Below, in pieces: positions 42,835 to 55,301 of a DNA stretch of 64,000 nt. The notes under the pieces are model-generated. The model made no database searches, was not told the origin of the DNA, and saw nothing but the letters and a program-made list of their open reading frames with translations. Made by a program: the position numbers and the translations under genes. The stretch's first letter is position 1. Each line of letters opens with the position of its first letter. The DNA is from the human T2T-CHM13v2.0 reference genome, Homo sapiens. The DNA is taken from the NCBI RefSeq assembly GCF_009914755.1, contig NC_060932.1. One strand, given 5' to 3'.

Positions 42835-43705
42835 ATATGGGCAAAAGTTATATTGAGGTAATTCACAGACATACCAAAAGCCGGCTAATATATTAAAATA
42901 TGATCTGCTTTATTGGTAATCATAGAAATTTAAAATAAAATAATTAGAAATCAATTTTACCTAGTAGATTGACAAGAAATTTAAGGATTGTTAATATGTT
43001 AGTAAATGTTGTGAAGAAAGGGTCACTTACTTTCATTGTTAGTAAAAGTATAAACTAATTCAATATTCTGGAAGGTGATTTGACATCCATTAGAATTTAC
43101 AAGGTGCATCCACTTAGATGAGTAATTCAACTTCAATTCATCTGTGAAATCTCTCCTACCAAAATAATTGCACTTGGGCACAAAGATGTTCATTGCAGTA
43201 TTGCTTATGATAGCAAAAGTTGGAAAGGATAGAAATCTCCATCAAGTCATTTCATAGTCACACTAGGTAACACAATGCAGCCTTTAAAAGAAAGGGACTT
43301 TTAAAATGAGGAACTGAATACTGAGGAATTGAATACTGAGGAACTGAATATTGCATTGTCATGGAAACCTCTCCATGATTTAGTGCTAAATGAAAAGTTA
43401 ATGAATAGTAGTCATAGTATGATCCCATTTATGTTTTCTGGAGGGCTGAACGAGTGTGTGTACATGTACATATGTAGGCACAGAAATTAATAAAAAATAG
43501 GTGTGGATGGATAGGTAATAAAAGATAAAGTCATTATGTCTGGGGAGGGAAATAGGTGAATAGTGATATGAAGTGAGGAGTGGGGCTGAGAGAGGAGTAA
43601 GGGGAAGGGTGGACACAAGACTCCATATGCTTTGGTAATATTTAAATTTTCAATAATGAATACTCATTCACGAATACTATGTTATTTTTGAAATAAAATA
43701 AATTG
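42835..43705 (+). mobile_element. Old L1ME-type 3' fragment with a 15-bp x3 tandem repeat at about 43307-43350
   Basis: CAAAGATGTTCATTGCAGTATTGCTTATGATAGCAAAA; ATAGTATGATCCCATTTATG; (TGAGGAAYTGAATAC)3. Confidence 0.75.
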
Positions 43706-44089
43706 AAAGTAACTAATTATATTGCAGTATGAACATGTCACCATCCTGGTCTTTATTGATAAACTAGACAGCTAAATTGCCCAGATTAACCATCCTGCAT
43801 TCTGATTTGGCCACCCCCAAGAAGTGCACCTAAGCACTTCCACTCCCTTATGATCTCAGATTCTCAGCATTTTAAAGAATCTTAAGAGTCATCCAATCAA
43901 TTATTTATTCAGTGCTTGAAGCCCCTCTTAAATATGTGTGCAATTGATCTTCCAGGTTTTGCTTGATAACTCCTCTCACTAGACAGTCATTGCTTCCCAG
44001 GGCTTCCTACTCTCCCTTCCAGCAGCTCTGCTGGGAAGGACTCCCTTGTCTTAAGACACAATATGCCTCTATCCCTAATCCTACAGACT

Positions 44090-44596
44090 CTTCTTTTTGT
44101 TTTTTCTTTTTTCTTCTTTTTCTTTTTTTTAAACGGACAAATAATAATTGTGTATATTTATGGTGTAATATGTGATGTTTTGATCTATGTATACATTACA
44201 GGAAGATTCCATCAAGCTAATTAATATATACATCACCTCATCAATTTATTATTTTGTTTGTGTGTGGTAAGAACATTAAAAGCCTATTGGAGAGTCTTTA
44301 AAAAGGCAGTCTCATAGAAATGGAAAGTAGAAAAGTGGTTACGAGGCAGGAGAATGGCATGAGCCCAGGAGACGGAGCTTGCAGTGAGCCGAGATCGTGC
44401 CACTGCACACCAGCCTGGGCCACAGAGCGAGACTCTTGTCTCAAAAAAAAAGAAAGAAAAGAAAAGAAAAGAAAAGTGGTTACCAGAGGCTAGCAGGAGA
44501 ACGGAAGATGGGGAAAGGGGAGATGATAGTGAAAGGGTACACAGTTTCAGTTAGACTGGAGGAACACATTTTAGTGAACTATTGCACCGCATGGTG
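44090..44596 (-). mobile_element. L1MA-type 3' UTR with internal inversion (minus 44090-44288; inverted piece 44289-44596)
   Basis: T-rich tail and antisense L1MA end, then sense-oriented upstream 3' UTR (TCTCATAGAA...GTGGTTACCAGAGGC...CTATTGCACCGCATGGTG). Confidence 0.75.
44343..44469 (+). mobile_element. 5'-truncated AluY right arm
   Basis: GGAGAATGGCATGAGCCC...GGAGCTTGCAGTGAG; (GAAAA)n tail; exact TSD AGAAAAGTGGTTAC (44329-44342 / 44470-44483). Confidence 0.95.
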
Positions 44597-44847
44597 CCCT
44601 TGCACCACCCTGAGTAGAGCTTACAGACCCCTCTTCCTCCCTGAGAAGGAAGGTATTCTCAGTGAACACTGCCCCCGACCCTAAGTGAATTAGAAAGACT
44701 TTCTCTCTACCTAATGTCTGTCACAGCACTTACCACGCACTTACCATAATTATCTATCTACAAACCTAGACTGTAAGGCTTGAGCAGCAAGTACTTTTGT
44801 ATCCCAGTACCTAGATCAGTGTCAAGCTCATAGGAGGTTCTCAGGCC

Positions 44848-45060
44848 CCATGGTGTAGTGGTTAAAAGTATAAACTTTATAATAATCCATCCAAATCTCA
44901 AACCCCTTTGCTAAATATAAGTTCTCATTTAGAGTAAGCAAAACATTTGAGGCTTCATTTCCTTAGTGGTGAGAATGAGATAAATATAGTAATATCTACT
45001 TCATAGTTTCCTTAAGAATATGAAATAAGAATAATGAATGAATGAGAAAAAGAATGAGTG
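44848..45060 (+). mobile_element. MIR/L2 relic
   Basis: CATGGTGTAGTGGTTAAAAG start; GAATGAATGA tail. Confidence 0.5.
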
Positions 45061-45727
45061 AGCGAACCCATCCACCAACCAACTTCTCAAAGAACCCCAC
45101 TGTCCCCAAAACTCTCCTTGTGTTCTGGAATTCTGTTAGAGCTTTTGAAAAAAGAAAGCACAGCTTAGATTTGGCTAAGACCAACCTGAATTCAATCAAT
45201 TCTAAAACAAAATCAAGAAAGAAAAAAAGAAAGCCTGCATCAACCAGTCACTACTTTCTATTTTTCTAGGAGGTGGGAATATGGACAGGACTGATCTCTG
45301 TAGCTCCTTTTTTGAACTTGGGACGATCTCAGATCTCACCTGTGGCGATTTCACAGCATAGCAGTAGAGGGTTAAAACTTATATGAACTTCGTTTGAACT
45401 TTGTATGGGCTCCTCTCTTACTTTAAAAAGTTTTACATTAAACTTTGTAATGTAAGGAGAACATGCAATTTAAATTAAAGAATTGGAGGAGATTTGGGTA
45501 TTTTTAAGCCTGGGTCAGCAAACTCCAAAGGCCTATAATTAGGTTTTCCCTCCATTTCTTCATAATCATTAAAACCATGAATGAGAATAAAGCTTAATCA
45601 GATAGATTGCCTACTCTTCCCTTAAGATATGGATCTATTATAGAAGCAAAATATCTTTAAGGATGTTTTGTAAATAACTCCCAAATATGCTGGGTTGGCC
45701 TAGCAGATTTAGTTGCAATATGAGATG

Positions 45728-46123
45728 ATATATATAACAGATTAAAGCAATTCACCACGTATTTATCAGTAACTTTTATAAGCCTATGTTCCACATAAAT
45801 TAAGAAAAATTATTTTTATAAACTGTATTATTTAAATGCTCTATGATAGCTACCTCTTCAATGGATCGTATCTTTACGATCTTGTTATATCCAGTACTTC
45901 TTCTCCAATGCCAGTATTCTGCACCTCTCCCCTTGTCATGAGATAATCTGCTCATGACGCTATTCACCCGGGGAAGACTAGAACCATCCCCGCCTGCCAC
46001 CACTGGCTTTTAAAAAGTTCTAAGGAAGATCAAGTTTGATGTTAATGTCTCCAGCCTGTCTATTCTATATTGTTTTGCTATTCTTTCAGCTCTCATTTTT
46101 TAGATGGAAAAAGTTCAGACTTA
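45728..46123 (+). repeat. Local direct duplication, composite copy (A 45728-45876 + B 45880-46123)
   Basis: A matches 46708-46856 (6 differences in 149 nt by my count); B matches 47242-47484 (about 17 differences in 244 nt). Confidence 0.97.
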
Positions 46124-46707
46124 TTCTGGTCTGTCCCATCCTTATAAATGATTCTAACCACAAAAATATAAGATCATTCTTATTTTTTAGCTAAAAATGC
46201 ACAGATTCCAACTTGAGGAAAGTGGCTCTTTATTTCTGATAATAGTTTCTCAAAATACATTTCTAAAATATAAGAAGAGAAACGATTGCCCAATTTCAAG
46301 CCTGTATTCTATCTGATAGTAACACCAAAAGGTACATTTAGGGCAAGAAATGAAAACGATAGTTTGGAAAATCACCTCTAAAGTCTATAATTACTCTTAA
46401 TAAGTCATCATTTTTAGGCTATGTTCACGTGGCCCATACACATCTGACTTTCTCTAGTATGTGCAGCAGTCTGATTTATCTAGTGGGAAATACACAGGTG
46501 GGATCTTGGTGCTTCAGATTCTAAGTAACATTATAGAACTCAGACGATGTGTTTATGCATCATTTTCCTTATCTATGAAATGGAACCTTAATGATGGCCA
46601 GCCACACACTGTGTTACACTGGAAAGGGGAAAAATCATCAAGCTGGCTTCTGAGATCAGAGAAGGAGAATTTAATCAGCCAATTACAGATGTGCCTGCCT
46701 CTGTATA

Positions 46708-47484
46708 ATATATATAACAGATTAAAGCAATTCACCGTGTATTTATCAGTAACTTTTATAAACCTATGTTCCACATAAGTTAATAAAAATTATTTTTATA
46801 AACTGTATTATTTAAATGCTCTATGATAGCTACCTCTTCAATAGATCGTATCTTTAAAAATATTTAAAGCAAATAAGATGGTCAAATTGTAATATATCAA
46901 TGTCAAACACCCCTTTGTAGCTGGAAAGTAATGTAACCACTAGGCGAAGAAGAGAGAAACAAACTTCCCTAGACACAAATTAGTTTTGTTGGTAAAGATT
47001 TGGTTTCTTCATGGCAAAAAACAAAAAAAGTGATTATATAACAAATTACATGACCCAGCATATAATAATTTACAACATAGCATTTTCTCAGTCGATCAAT
47101 TAAGACTCTCAATGATGTTGTATAGTTACATAAAGCAGGTGTATGTTGTACGGATAAAGATACAGTCTCTAGGTATGTCACAGTGATTAAGAGTCTTGCA
47201 CGGGTTTACTCAGTTAGCAAGTGGAAGAGTAAAAACTCCACTCTTGTTATATCCAGTACTTCTTCTCCAATGCCAATATTCTGCCCCTCTCCCCTCATCA
47301 TGAGATAATCTGCTCATGATGCTATTCACCCGGGGAAGACTAGAACCATCCCCACCTGCCACCACTGGCTTTGAAAAAGTTCTAAAGAAGATCGAGTTTG
47401 ACGTTAGTGTCTCCAGCCTGTCTATTCTATATTGTTTTGCCTTTCCTTCAGCTCCCATTTTTTAGAGGAAAAAATTCAGACTTA
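46708..47484 (+). repeat. Longer copy of the local duplication (A' + 385-nt middle + B')
   Basis: Same two blocks separated by 46857-47241, which is absent from the upstream copy. Confidence 0.95.
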
Positions 47485-48589
47485 AAAATAACAACTTTCT
47501 GGAGATCTCATACATACATCAGTTGATGAGCAAATCTATGCCCACCTTACTTCAAGCCATGATGAGTAAAATATAGTAGTTAAGAACCCTAGATTTGGAA
47601 TCAGAGGAGTCTGTTTCAAATGCCAGTTCCATCAACCACCAACTGTGTGACTGTGAACCCCCAGGAGCCTCAGTAGCATAATTTCTTGTAGTTATTCAAT
47701 TAAACTATGCATACAATATAGTACCTTAAAAAGTAGCTAAGATACAATTGTAATACATCAAGCTGCTTTAAAGAAATGTACTATGGACTACAGGATTTTA
47801 GGCACCAGATTTGTGATGAAGCTTAGGGGGTCCTCTCAGAATACCAAAATTCACATCACATAGAAATATATATTTTCTGTAGGGAGCAGAGCCAGGGATG
47901 GAACCACAATAGGTCTTCAAGTCCATGAAGCCACCACCATGAACCACCATCTCCTCCCCTAGAGCCCTGCTCCCTTCCTTCTGCAGCTGCCCAGTGATTC
48001 CCTCCATCCTGAAGTCACTGCTGTAGAGAATGTTGGGAAGCAGCAGGTTTGAGAGGGTAAGCATGATAGTGGAAAGCAGACAGGTCCCTCCAGGTACTCT
48101 AGACTCAAAGATGGATGTTTCCCTTTGAAGAGGTCACCAGGATGGCTATCAGTGCTAACTATAAAAGGATGGCCTCATAGTATGAGATTTACACAAGGAC
48201 AGACACCTTCTGTCACAACATAAGAAGGCTCAAGAGGAAGAGTGAGGTTCCCCTAAGGTCTTCAGAGTCCTAGTCATGTTCCCCAAAGTAAGGATCTAAA
48301 AACAGGAAACGGGTTTCTTATGATCATTTGCTCTTCCTGCCTCCTTACTGTCTAAAGGCAACTGATGCTGATTCATAATGCCAGGACAGCCATGCCACAG
48401 TCACCATCCAGCCCGTGATGGAAATGGAGTGGACTCTCGTAGGACAGATGTGGGTGTGAATCCCAGGCTGTGTTAAACTGAGTAAGTAATTTAAGGTCTC
48501 CAAGCCTCAGGCTTTAGCTTATGAAATGTATCATTAAAATGTACTATTATTATTACCATCCATTTTTATTATGCTTGTTTCTGTTATCC

Positions 48590-49115
48590 GCACTAAAAGA
48601 GACACATTAATTTTCTTACTACATTTATAAGAGTATATTCTTTATTTCCCATTTGCACCTCAAGATCCACTTTCCACCCATCTACTCTGTGCCCCAGAAA
48701 ATCTTCTATAATCTGTGTCAACATGTTCCCTTGCCCTCTAGTTTTCAGTTTTGTTCAGCTGAAGTTGGGGAGTGGATATTAGAGATGACAGAGAATGGGG
48801 GTGGGGTGTCCAGACTCCTGCTCTGCCAGGCTACTATGGGTTAGTTATGTCCCTTTACCAAAAGCCACAGCTCCTATAACAGTATCCTTTTAAAGCATCT
48901 CTCTCCAGGTTACAGTAATTGTTCCCTCTCCTTGCCTCTTCCGTCCTGGGGATGATAATGGCTCCACATTCTTGGTGCACTACGGTACTGCAGTATGCCT
49001 TGTTGATTTCCTTAAACTCTGCCTACACCTTTATAAACAGTCTCTATACTAAATTCTCTGTAATTACCCAATTTGAGTGAGCCATTATTTTCCTATAGGG
49101 GCCTTGACACGTATA
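48590..49115 (+). mobile_element. LTR33-like ERVL solo LTR
   Basis: TCCCTTGCCCTCTAGTTTTCAGTT; CACCTTTATAAACAGTCTCTATACTAAATTCTC...TTACCCAATTTGAGTG; similar to 51130-51830. Confidence 0.7.
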
Positions 49116-49439
49116 TCCATAAACTACATAATTAGATCAAAGTAGCATTCCAGGTAGCCATGACCAAGACACAGAAGCAGAAAATCAATGATTAATCTCT
49201 GCCTTTTTCTACTTATAATTCCCTCTCCTTAGAATCTTCACCCTAATTGTTCCTTTCCATCATAGTAGTCAACCTTCTGTCCCTAACAATGGCCCAGACT
49301 CTAAGCATTTGTTCAGTCAACTTCAGCCTAAAATATCGCTTAATTTATTTGCAGTTAAATTGTGTTTAATTTCCCTTTCCTTCTTTTAAGAATGGCCTTT
49401 ATATTTCCTTTTTCCTGTTACTGCCAAAACCAGCGCTTC

Positions 49440-50365
49440 CCCCTTATTAACGGTGTCTTGGTTTCATGCTACTGTGAGGCACTGGTATACACAGGGAGAT
49501 GGCTCCAGCCCCAGGGATAGATCATGATTGACCTTCTCCAGTCACTGCAATCACCTCTCTCACCCAGTGATGGTTTAAGGTGATAGCCATGTGTGCAAGA
49601 TCTAGACTATGATAAATGAGGGGAAATCTGAAGAGGGTCAGGGGAAGCAGGATGTTAGGAGAGATTTTCCTTCTTAAGAAAAAGATACAACAAAGAAAAA
49701 TGTTCTCTTCCTTTCTTCTTTCTTTCCTTCCTCCCTGACTTTGATGTTGTTATTTGAAAATGTGGCGTTTGAAGTTTAGTCAGCCATCTTTTTGCCAAGA
49801 GGAGGAAGTCAAGAGAATAAGAAGGAAGCTGACCCAAAGTCCTGACATCACTGAGCTTCTGTATTAGCCCCCTCCAATGTACTCCTCCAGATTTCTCGTT
49901 GCATGAGATAAGAAAGCCCTTTGCATTAGCCGCTTGTCTTAGTTTGGGATGTTGTAACAGAATATCATGAACTGGATGGTTTTTAAAAACAGTTATTTAT
50001 TTCTCACAGTTCTGCAGAATTAGAAGTCCAAGATCAAGGTGTCAGCAGATCAGATGTCTGTTGAGGGCATTATTCCTGGTTTGCTGATGGTCATCCTATT
50101 GTGTCCTCACCTGGTGGAGATCAGAGAGGAAGCAAGCTCTTCTTTGTCTTTTCTTGTAAAGGCACCAATCCCATCATTCTCTACTGTCATGACAATTACC
50201 TCCCAGAGGCCCCATCTCTGAATACCAGCCCATTGGGGATTAGGGTTTCAGCATATGGATTCAGGGGACACATAAACATTCAGTTCATAGCACCACTTTT
50301 TTTTTTCATAGCACCAATTTTATTTGGATATTCTGTTACTTGCAGCCAAAAGAATATTAAATGAA
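49440..50365. mobile_element. Old MLT1 LTR (+) with nested MLT1A-like LTR (-, about 49935-50293)
   Basis: Inner element TGTCTTAGTTTGGGATG...AACATTCAGTTCATAGCA; outer 3' end TTCTGTTACTTGCAGCCAAAAG. Confidence 0.75.
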
Positions 50366-51129
50366 TCACTACCCAAGGCTAGCTGCACCCCCACTATGCA
50401 GACATATTCCTCTCATTTATTTCCCCTATGCACGGCAGCTATCAGCTCTGTAAGATATCAAATGTGTCTTGAAATCCCTGAAAAAAAGAATGAAGATGAG
50501 AGTCTCATTAGGTGTTCTTTGTAGGCTAGGGCCCAGGGTCCCACACAGGTAAGACTCTGGCTTCCTAATCCAAAGGTTAGAGGCTTCAAATCCTTTCTCT
50601 TTCCTTTTGAGAAAATACAGGTAAGACAGTTCTGCCTTGTAAATATTCATATTAGAGACTAAAATTGGGGGCCAGCAGTGTCTTCGTGCCATTTTATCCA
50701 GACCTAGCATACAGAAGTTGTTAAATAACTATTTGATGGATAAACAGATACATTCCATACATTTTCACACAGAAGAAACTCATTGCAATAGGTAGGATTA
50801 GGTTTGGCAGCAAATGGCAAAAGAAATGACAGTGGATTAAACAAAATGGAAATATGTTTTCCTATATTCATGTGAATATAGGTGAGTGCGGAGCCTTCCT
50901 GACCCTTCCAACCTCCTTCTCTCTTATTGCCCCACTATTCTCAATGTGTGTTTTCACCATGTGCTGTAATATTTCTGCTCCAGTTCTCTCCATCACATCT
51001 GAATTTTAACCAGCAGGAAAGAGAAGAGAGGAGTGGGCACACCACTTATATTAAGGACACTTCATACAGTTGCAAATCCACCGACCAAAGCTCCACCCCA
51101 TTGGTCAGAACTGAACCTCCAGGCTTTCC

Positions 51130-51830
51130 CTTGGTGCTGGATATTTTCTGTTTGTCCCTTCACCACATCCAACTTCACCCTTTTCTACGCTGTCTTGTGC
51201 TGTCAAGGATTTACCTGAATTGATGACATCAGTGGGCCCCCTGGCTTTCTGGCTTCTACTGAGTACAGCCAGTGGGAGACACACTCAGGAACGGAGGAGG
51301 TGAAGGACGTTAAGACTGGCCCTCCAGCTTGCTCTCTTCTAAGTCTATGTGGGTTGGCACTATCCCTCTATCTAGTGCATGAGCAAGAATGGTCTACTTC
51401 AGGTTGCAAACAATAAAGGCTACATTGCCTGTAGATAATTTAAAAGCAATAAGAAAGCCAAATAAAAGTCTACCAACTTTTTATTATCACCATCCACAGA
51501 CAATTCTAAACAATGTCAATAATAAAACACTCTTCCTGCCAGGAACAGACCATTCCCATCTCCACCCCTTCCCCAGGGCAGCCACCACATCTCCCAAGGC
51601 AATTCCTGTCACTCACCCCTTCCTACTCAGTTACTCTGGAGGTTTGGTGGCCACTTCTTCCCCTGGCTTCTCAGGCCTAGGGATGGTAACAGCTCTCTGC
51701 ATATGCTCCACTGAGTTTCTAAAAACCCTGTACCGCACACACCTTTGTAAATAGTCTCTTTATTAAACTCTGGTCAATTATCCAGTTTAAGTGTGCCACG
51801 CATTTCTTACTGACATCTCAGCTGATACTA
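51130..51830 (+). mobile_element. LTR33-like LTR interrupted by an old hAT-type DNA element fragment (about 51378-51536)
   Basis: 3' end CACACCTTTGTAAATAGTCTCTTTATTAAACTCT...CTGATAC; insert CATTGCCTGTAGATAATTTAAAAGCAATAA...CAATTCTAAACAATGTCA. Confidence 0.65.
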
Positions 51831-51946
51831 TCCAGTAGCAAGGAAGTTTTTATTCTGAAGTGGCCACGAGCCAAAATAGAGATGTTATTATTGAGAAAAA
51901 AAATGGATAAAATAAATATTGGAAAAAATCAATCTCTGCCACCCTC

Positions 51947-53759
51947 TTTTATTATACTTTAAGTTCTGGGGTACATGTGCAGAACATGCAGGTTTGTTAC
52001 ATAGGTGTACATGTGCCATGATGGTTTGCTGCACCCATCAACCCGTCATCTACATTAGGTATTTCTCCTAATGCTATCCGCCCCCAGTGCCCTACTCCTC
52101 GACAGGCCCCAGTGTGTGATGTTCCCCTCCCTGTGTCCATGAGTTCTCATTGTTCAACTCCCACTTACCAGTGAGAACATGTGGTGTTTGGTTTTCTGTT
52201 CTTGTGTTAGTTTGCTGAGAATGATGGTCTCCAGCTTCATCCATGTCCCTACAAAGGACATAACTCATCATTTTCTGCATGGTGTTTCATGGTGTATATG
52301 TGCCACATTTTCTTTATCCAGTCTATCATTGATGGGCATTTGGGTTGGTTCCAAATCTTGGCTATTGTGAACAGTGCCGCAATAATCATACCTGTGCATG
52401 TGTCTTTATAGTAGAATGATTTATAATCCTTTGGGTATATACCCAGTAATGGGATTGCTGGGTCAAATGGTAATTCTGGTTCTAGATCCTCGAGGAAACG
52501 CCACCCTGTCTTCCACAATGATTGAACTAATTTATACTCCCGCCAACAATGTAAAAGCATTCCTATTTCTCCACATCCTCTCCAGCACCTGTTGTTTCCT
52601 GACTTTTTAATGATCACCATTCTAACTGGCATGAGATGGTATCTCATTGTGGTTTTGATTTGCATTTCTCTAATGACCAGTGATGATGAGCTTTTTTTCA
52701 TATATTTGTTGGCTGCATAAATGTCTTCTTTTGAGGAGTGTCTGTTCATATCCTAAGTATTGATGGAACGTATCTCAAAATAATAAGAGCTATTTGTGAC
52801 AAACCCACAGCCAATATCATACTGAATGGGCAAAAGCTGGAAGCATTCCCTTTGAAAACCAGCAAAAGACAAGGATGCCCTCTCTCACCACTCCTATTCA
52901 ACATGGTATTGAAAGTTCTGGCCAGGGCAATCAGGCAACAGAAAGAAATAAAGGGTATTCAAATAGGAAGAGAGGAAGTCAAATTGTCTCTGTTTTCAGA
53001 TGATATGATTATATATTTAGAAAACCCCATTGTCTCAGCCCAAAATCTCCTTAAACTGATAAGCAACTTCAGCAAAGTCTCAGGATACAAAATCCATGTG
53101 CAAAAATCACAAGCATTCATATACACCAATGATAGACAAACAGAGAGCCAAATCATGAGTGAACTCACATTCACAATTGCTACAAAAAGAATAAAATACA
53201 TAGGAATAAAACTTACAAGGGATGTGAAGGGCCTCTTCAAGGAGAACTACAAACCACTGCTCAACAAAATAAAAGAGGGCACAAACAAATGGAAAAACAT
53301 TCCATGCTCATGGTTAGGAAGAATCAATATCGTGAAAATGGCCATACTGCCCAAAGTAATTTATAGATTCAATGCCATCCCCATCAAGGTACCATTGACT
53401 TTCTCCACAGAATTAGAAAAAAACTACTTTAAATTTCATATGAAACCAAAAAAAGAGCCCGCATAGCCAAGACAATCCTAAGCAAAAAGAACAAAGCTGG
53501 AGGCATCATGCTACCTGACTTCAAAGTATACTACAGGGCTACAGTAACCAAAACAGCATGGCACTGGTACCAAAACAGATATCTAAACCAATGGAACAGA
53601 ACAGAGGCCTCAGAAATAACACCACACATCTACAACCATCTGATCTTTGACAAACCTGATGAAAACAAGCAACGGGGAAAGGATTCCCTATTTAACAAAT
53701 GGTGCTGGGAAAACTGGCTAGCCATATGCAGAAAACTGAAACTGGACCCCTTCCTTACA
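51947..53759 (-). mobile_element. L1PA7/8-like insertion with 5' inversion (minus 51947-52754; inverted RT segment 52755-53759)
   Basis: Minus ORF 52249-52749 is ORF2 C-terminal sequence; plus ORF 52738-53466 is RT ([20 protein letters not shown]); orientation switches at TATCCT|AAGTATTG. Confidence 0.95.
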
Positions 53760-54849
53760 TCTCATTTTTTTTTTCCTTTTTCAAACTTGGAATTTACAAA
53801 TCTACCAAATGAAAACACTCTTCTGATTGTTCCCAAAGCTTTCACTCCTCTAACAGCTTTTGCCACTTCCCTCCAAGGAAGCTTTCAAGGAAACTACCTC
53901 AATGGGTGCAAGTGAATGATACATCAAATTTCTAGCCCTAAAGCCAAGTAAAAGGAATTTGACTATGTCCTGATCTTGATTCAGATGTGTCCTTCAGTAC
54001 AGATTGTGTTTGTAGCACTGTCCAACTAGCCAATCAGCATGGGATCCTAACCAATTAGAACAGACATTCTCCAGGGTGCCATTCCAGCCCCTACCAGCTG
54101 GATATCTTCCCTGCCCCTAGGAAAGCTGAAAGTAGAGCAACTTGACCTCATCCCTGTACCCACTAACTCTGGACACCTCTTAATATCCATGTCTTTATCC
54201 ATGTTTTGCAAAGTCAGGCCTATCTACACCAACACAACCTCGCCTCCTGGGCTGGATCAGTGTCTCCACAGGAGGGCAACTTGACAGATCCTGTTTCTTA
54301 ACTTTCACTTCAGCTAGCACTCACTTTTAGCTTGTCATTATCCACATAGCTACTGCCCTGGAGTATGAGTTTTATTAAGGTGAAAGCAATGTTTAGAGGC
54401 AATAACATGGTTTAGGATGAACAATTAATTGAAGAATTTTTGTTTCCCTCTCAACCTCCAAAATAAAGTACCTAGTAAATTTGGATTTCATTGTCTGGTT
54501 GCAAAACAACCTGCCCTGGGGGAGCCTCTGAAAGGAGTCACCAGGCAGCGATGAGATGTGCTTTTCAAAGCCATGTCACGGTCATGGTAATCAGCAGACA
54601 GATCCCTATTGTGCAGAGCCCTGCCGCAGGGCCCACAGGGCAGGGCTTCCTGTGAGTGGGCTGCTGGTTGTTTGTGGTTGCTACAACAAAGCCTTAGAGA
54701 GAACTTTCTGGGGGGCCAATGTTCAAAGTCCACACAAGGCTGAAATCAGGTCTCAGTTCTGCTCCTTGTGTTTGACTAGAAATGCCAAGCTCTTCAGAAA
54801 GTGAGACAGAATATTATCCAAGGAAATGTGGAGGGTGAGTTTTGTTTTC

Positions 54850-55062
54850 ACTGGTTATTTTCATGACTGTGCCAGACACTTCACACACACACACACATCA
54901 CCTCTAATCTTCACAAGAGCCCAGTGAGATAAGTATCACTGTCCTTGTTTGCAGAAAAGGAAACTGAGGCTCAGAGATGTAAATAACTCTGTGGCCCCTC
55001 AGCAGCTGGGAAACAGAGCAGTGATTGGAACTCAGGTTGACCTGACTCCAAAGCCCCATCCT
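54850..55062 (-). mobile_element. MIR SINE
   Basis: TTTGCAGAAAAGGAAACTGAGGCTCAGAGA ... CTGACTCCAAAGCCC. Confidence 0.8.
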
Positions 55063-55301
55063 ACAGTCCCCACCCACCTTTCCCAGAACTGTGCAGAGGG
55101 CCAGAGGTAAGGCCCGATAGATACAAACCTTCAACCATGGCCTGCAGGGGTTGAAGTGGGCTGCACAGCAGACCAAGTTGCTGCGCTGGAGAGGAAGATA
55201 ATTGTATTATCATGGTAGCATCACAGCAATGCAGGCCAGCTTCCTGAGCCAGGTGGACAAGGTGGTAATCAGCAGAGGATGAGAAAATAAGACAAGATGG
55301 G

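Noticed and set aside
46857-47241. Missing middle segment as a spliced-out intron (processed retrocopy)
   Set aside because: Breakpoints do not fall cleanly on GT-AG on either strand, there is a 3-nt filler explained by fold-back, and I see no poly(A) or TSD.
45800-47458. Paralogous ORFs 45800-46003 and 47210-47458 (..VAGGDGSSLPRVNS.MSRLSHD.GRGAEYWHWRRSTGYNK) as a small gene family
   Set aside because: The similarity is just the DNA duplication. The upstream copy has an in-frame stop, the longer ORF ends in MIR-like sequence, and the peptide resembles nothing I recognise.
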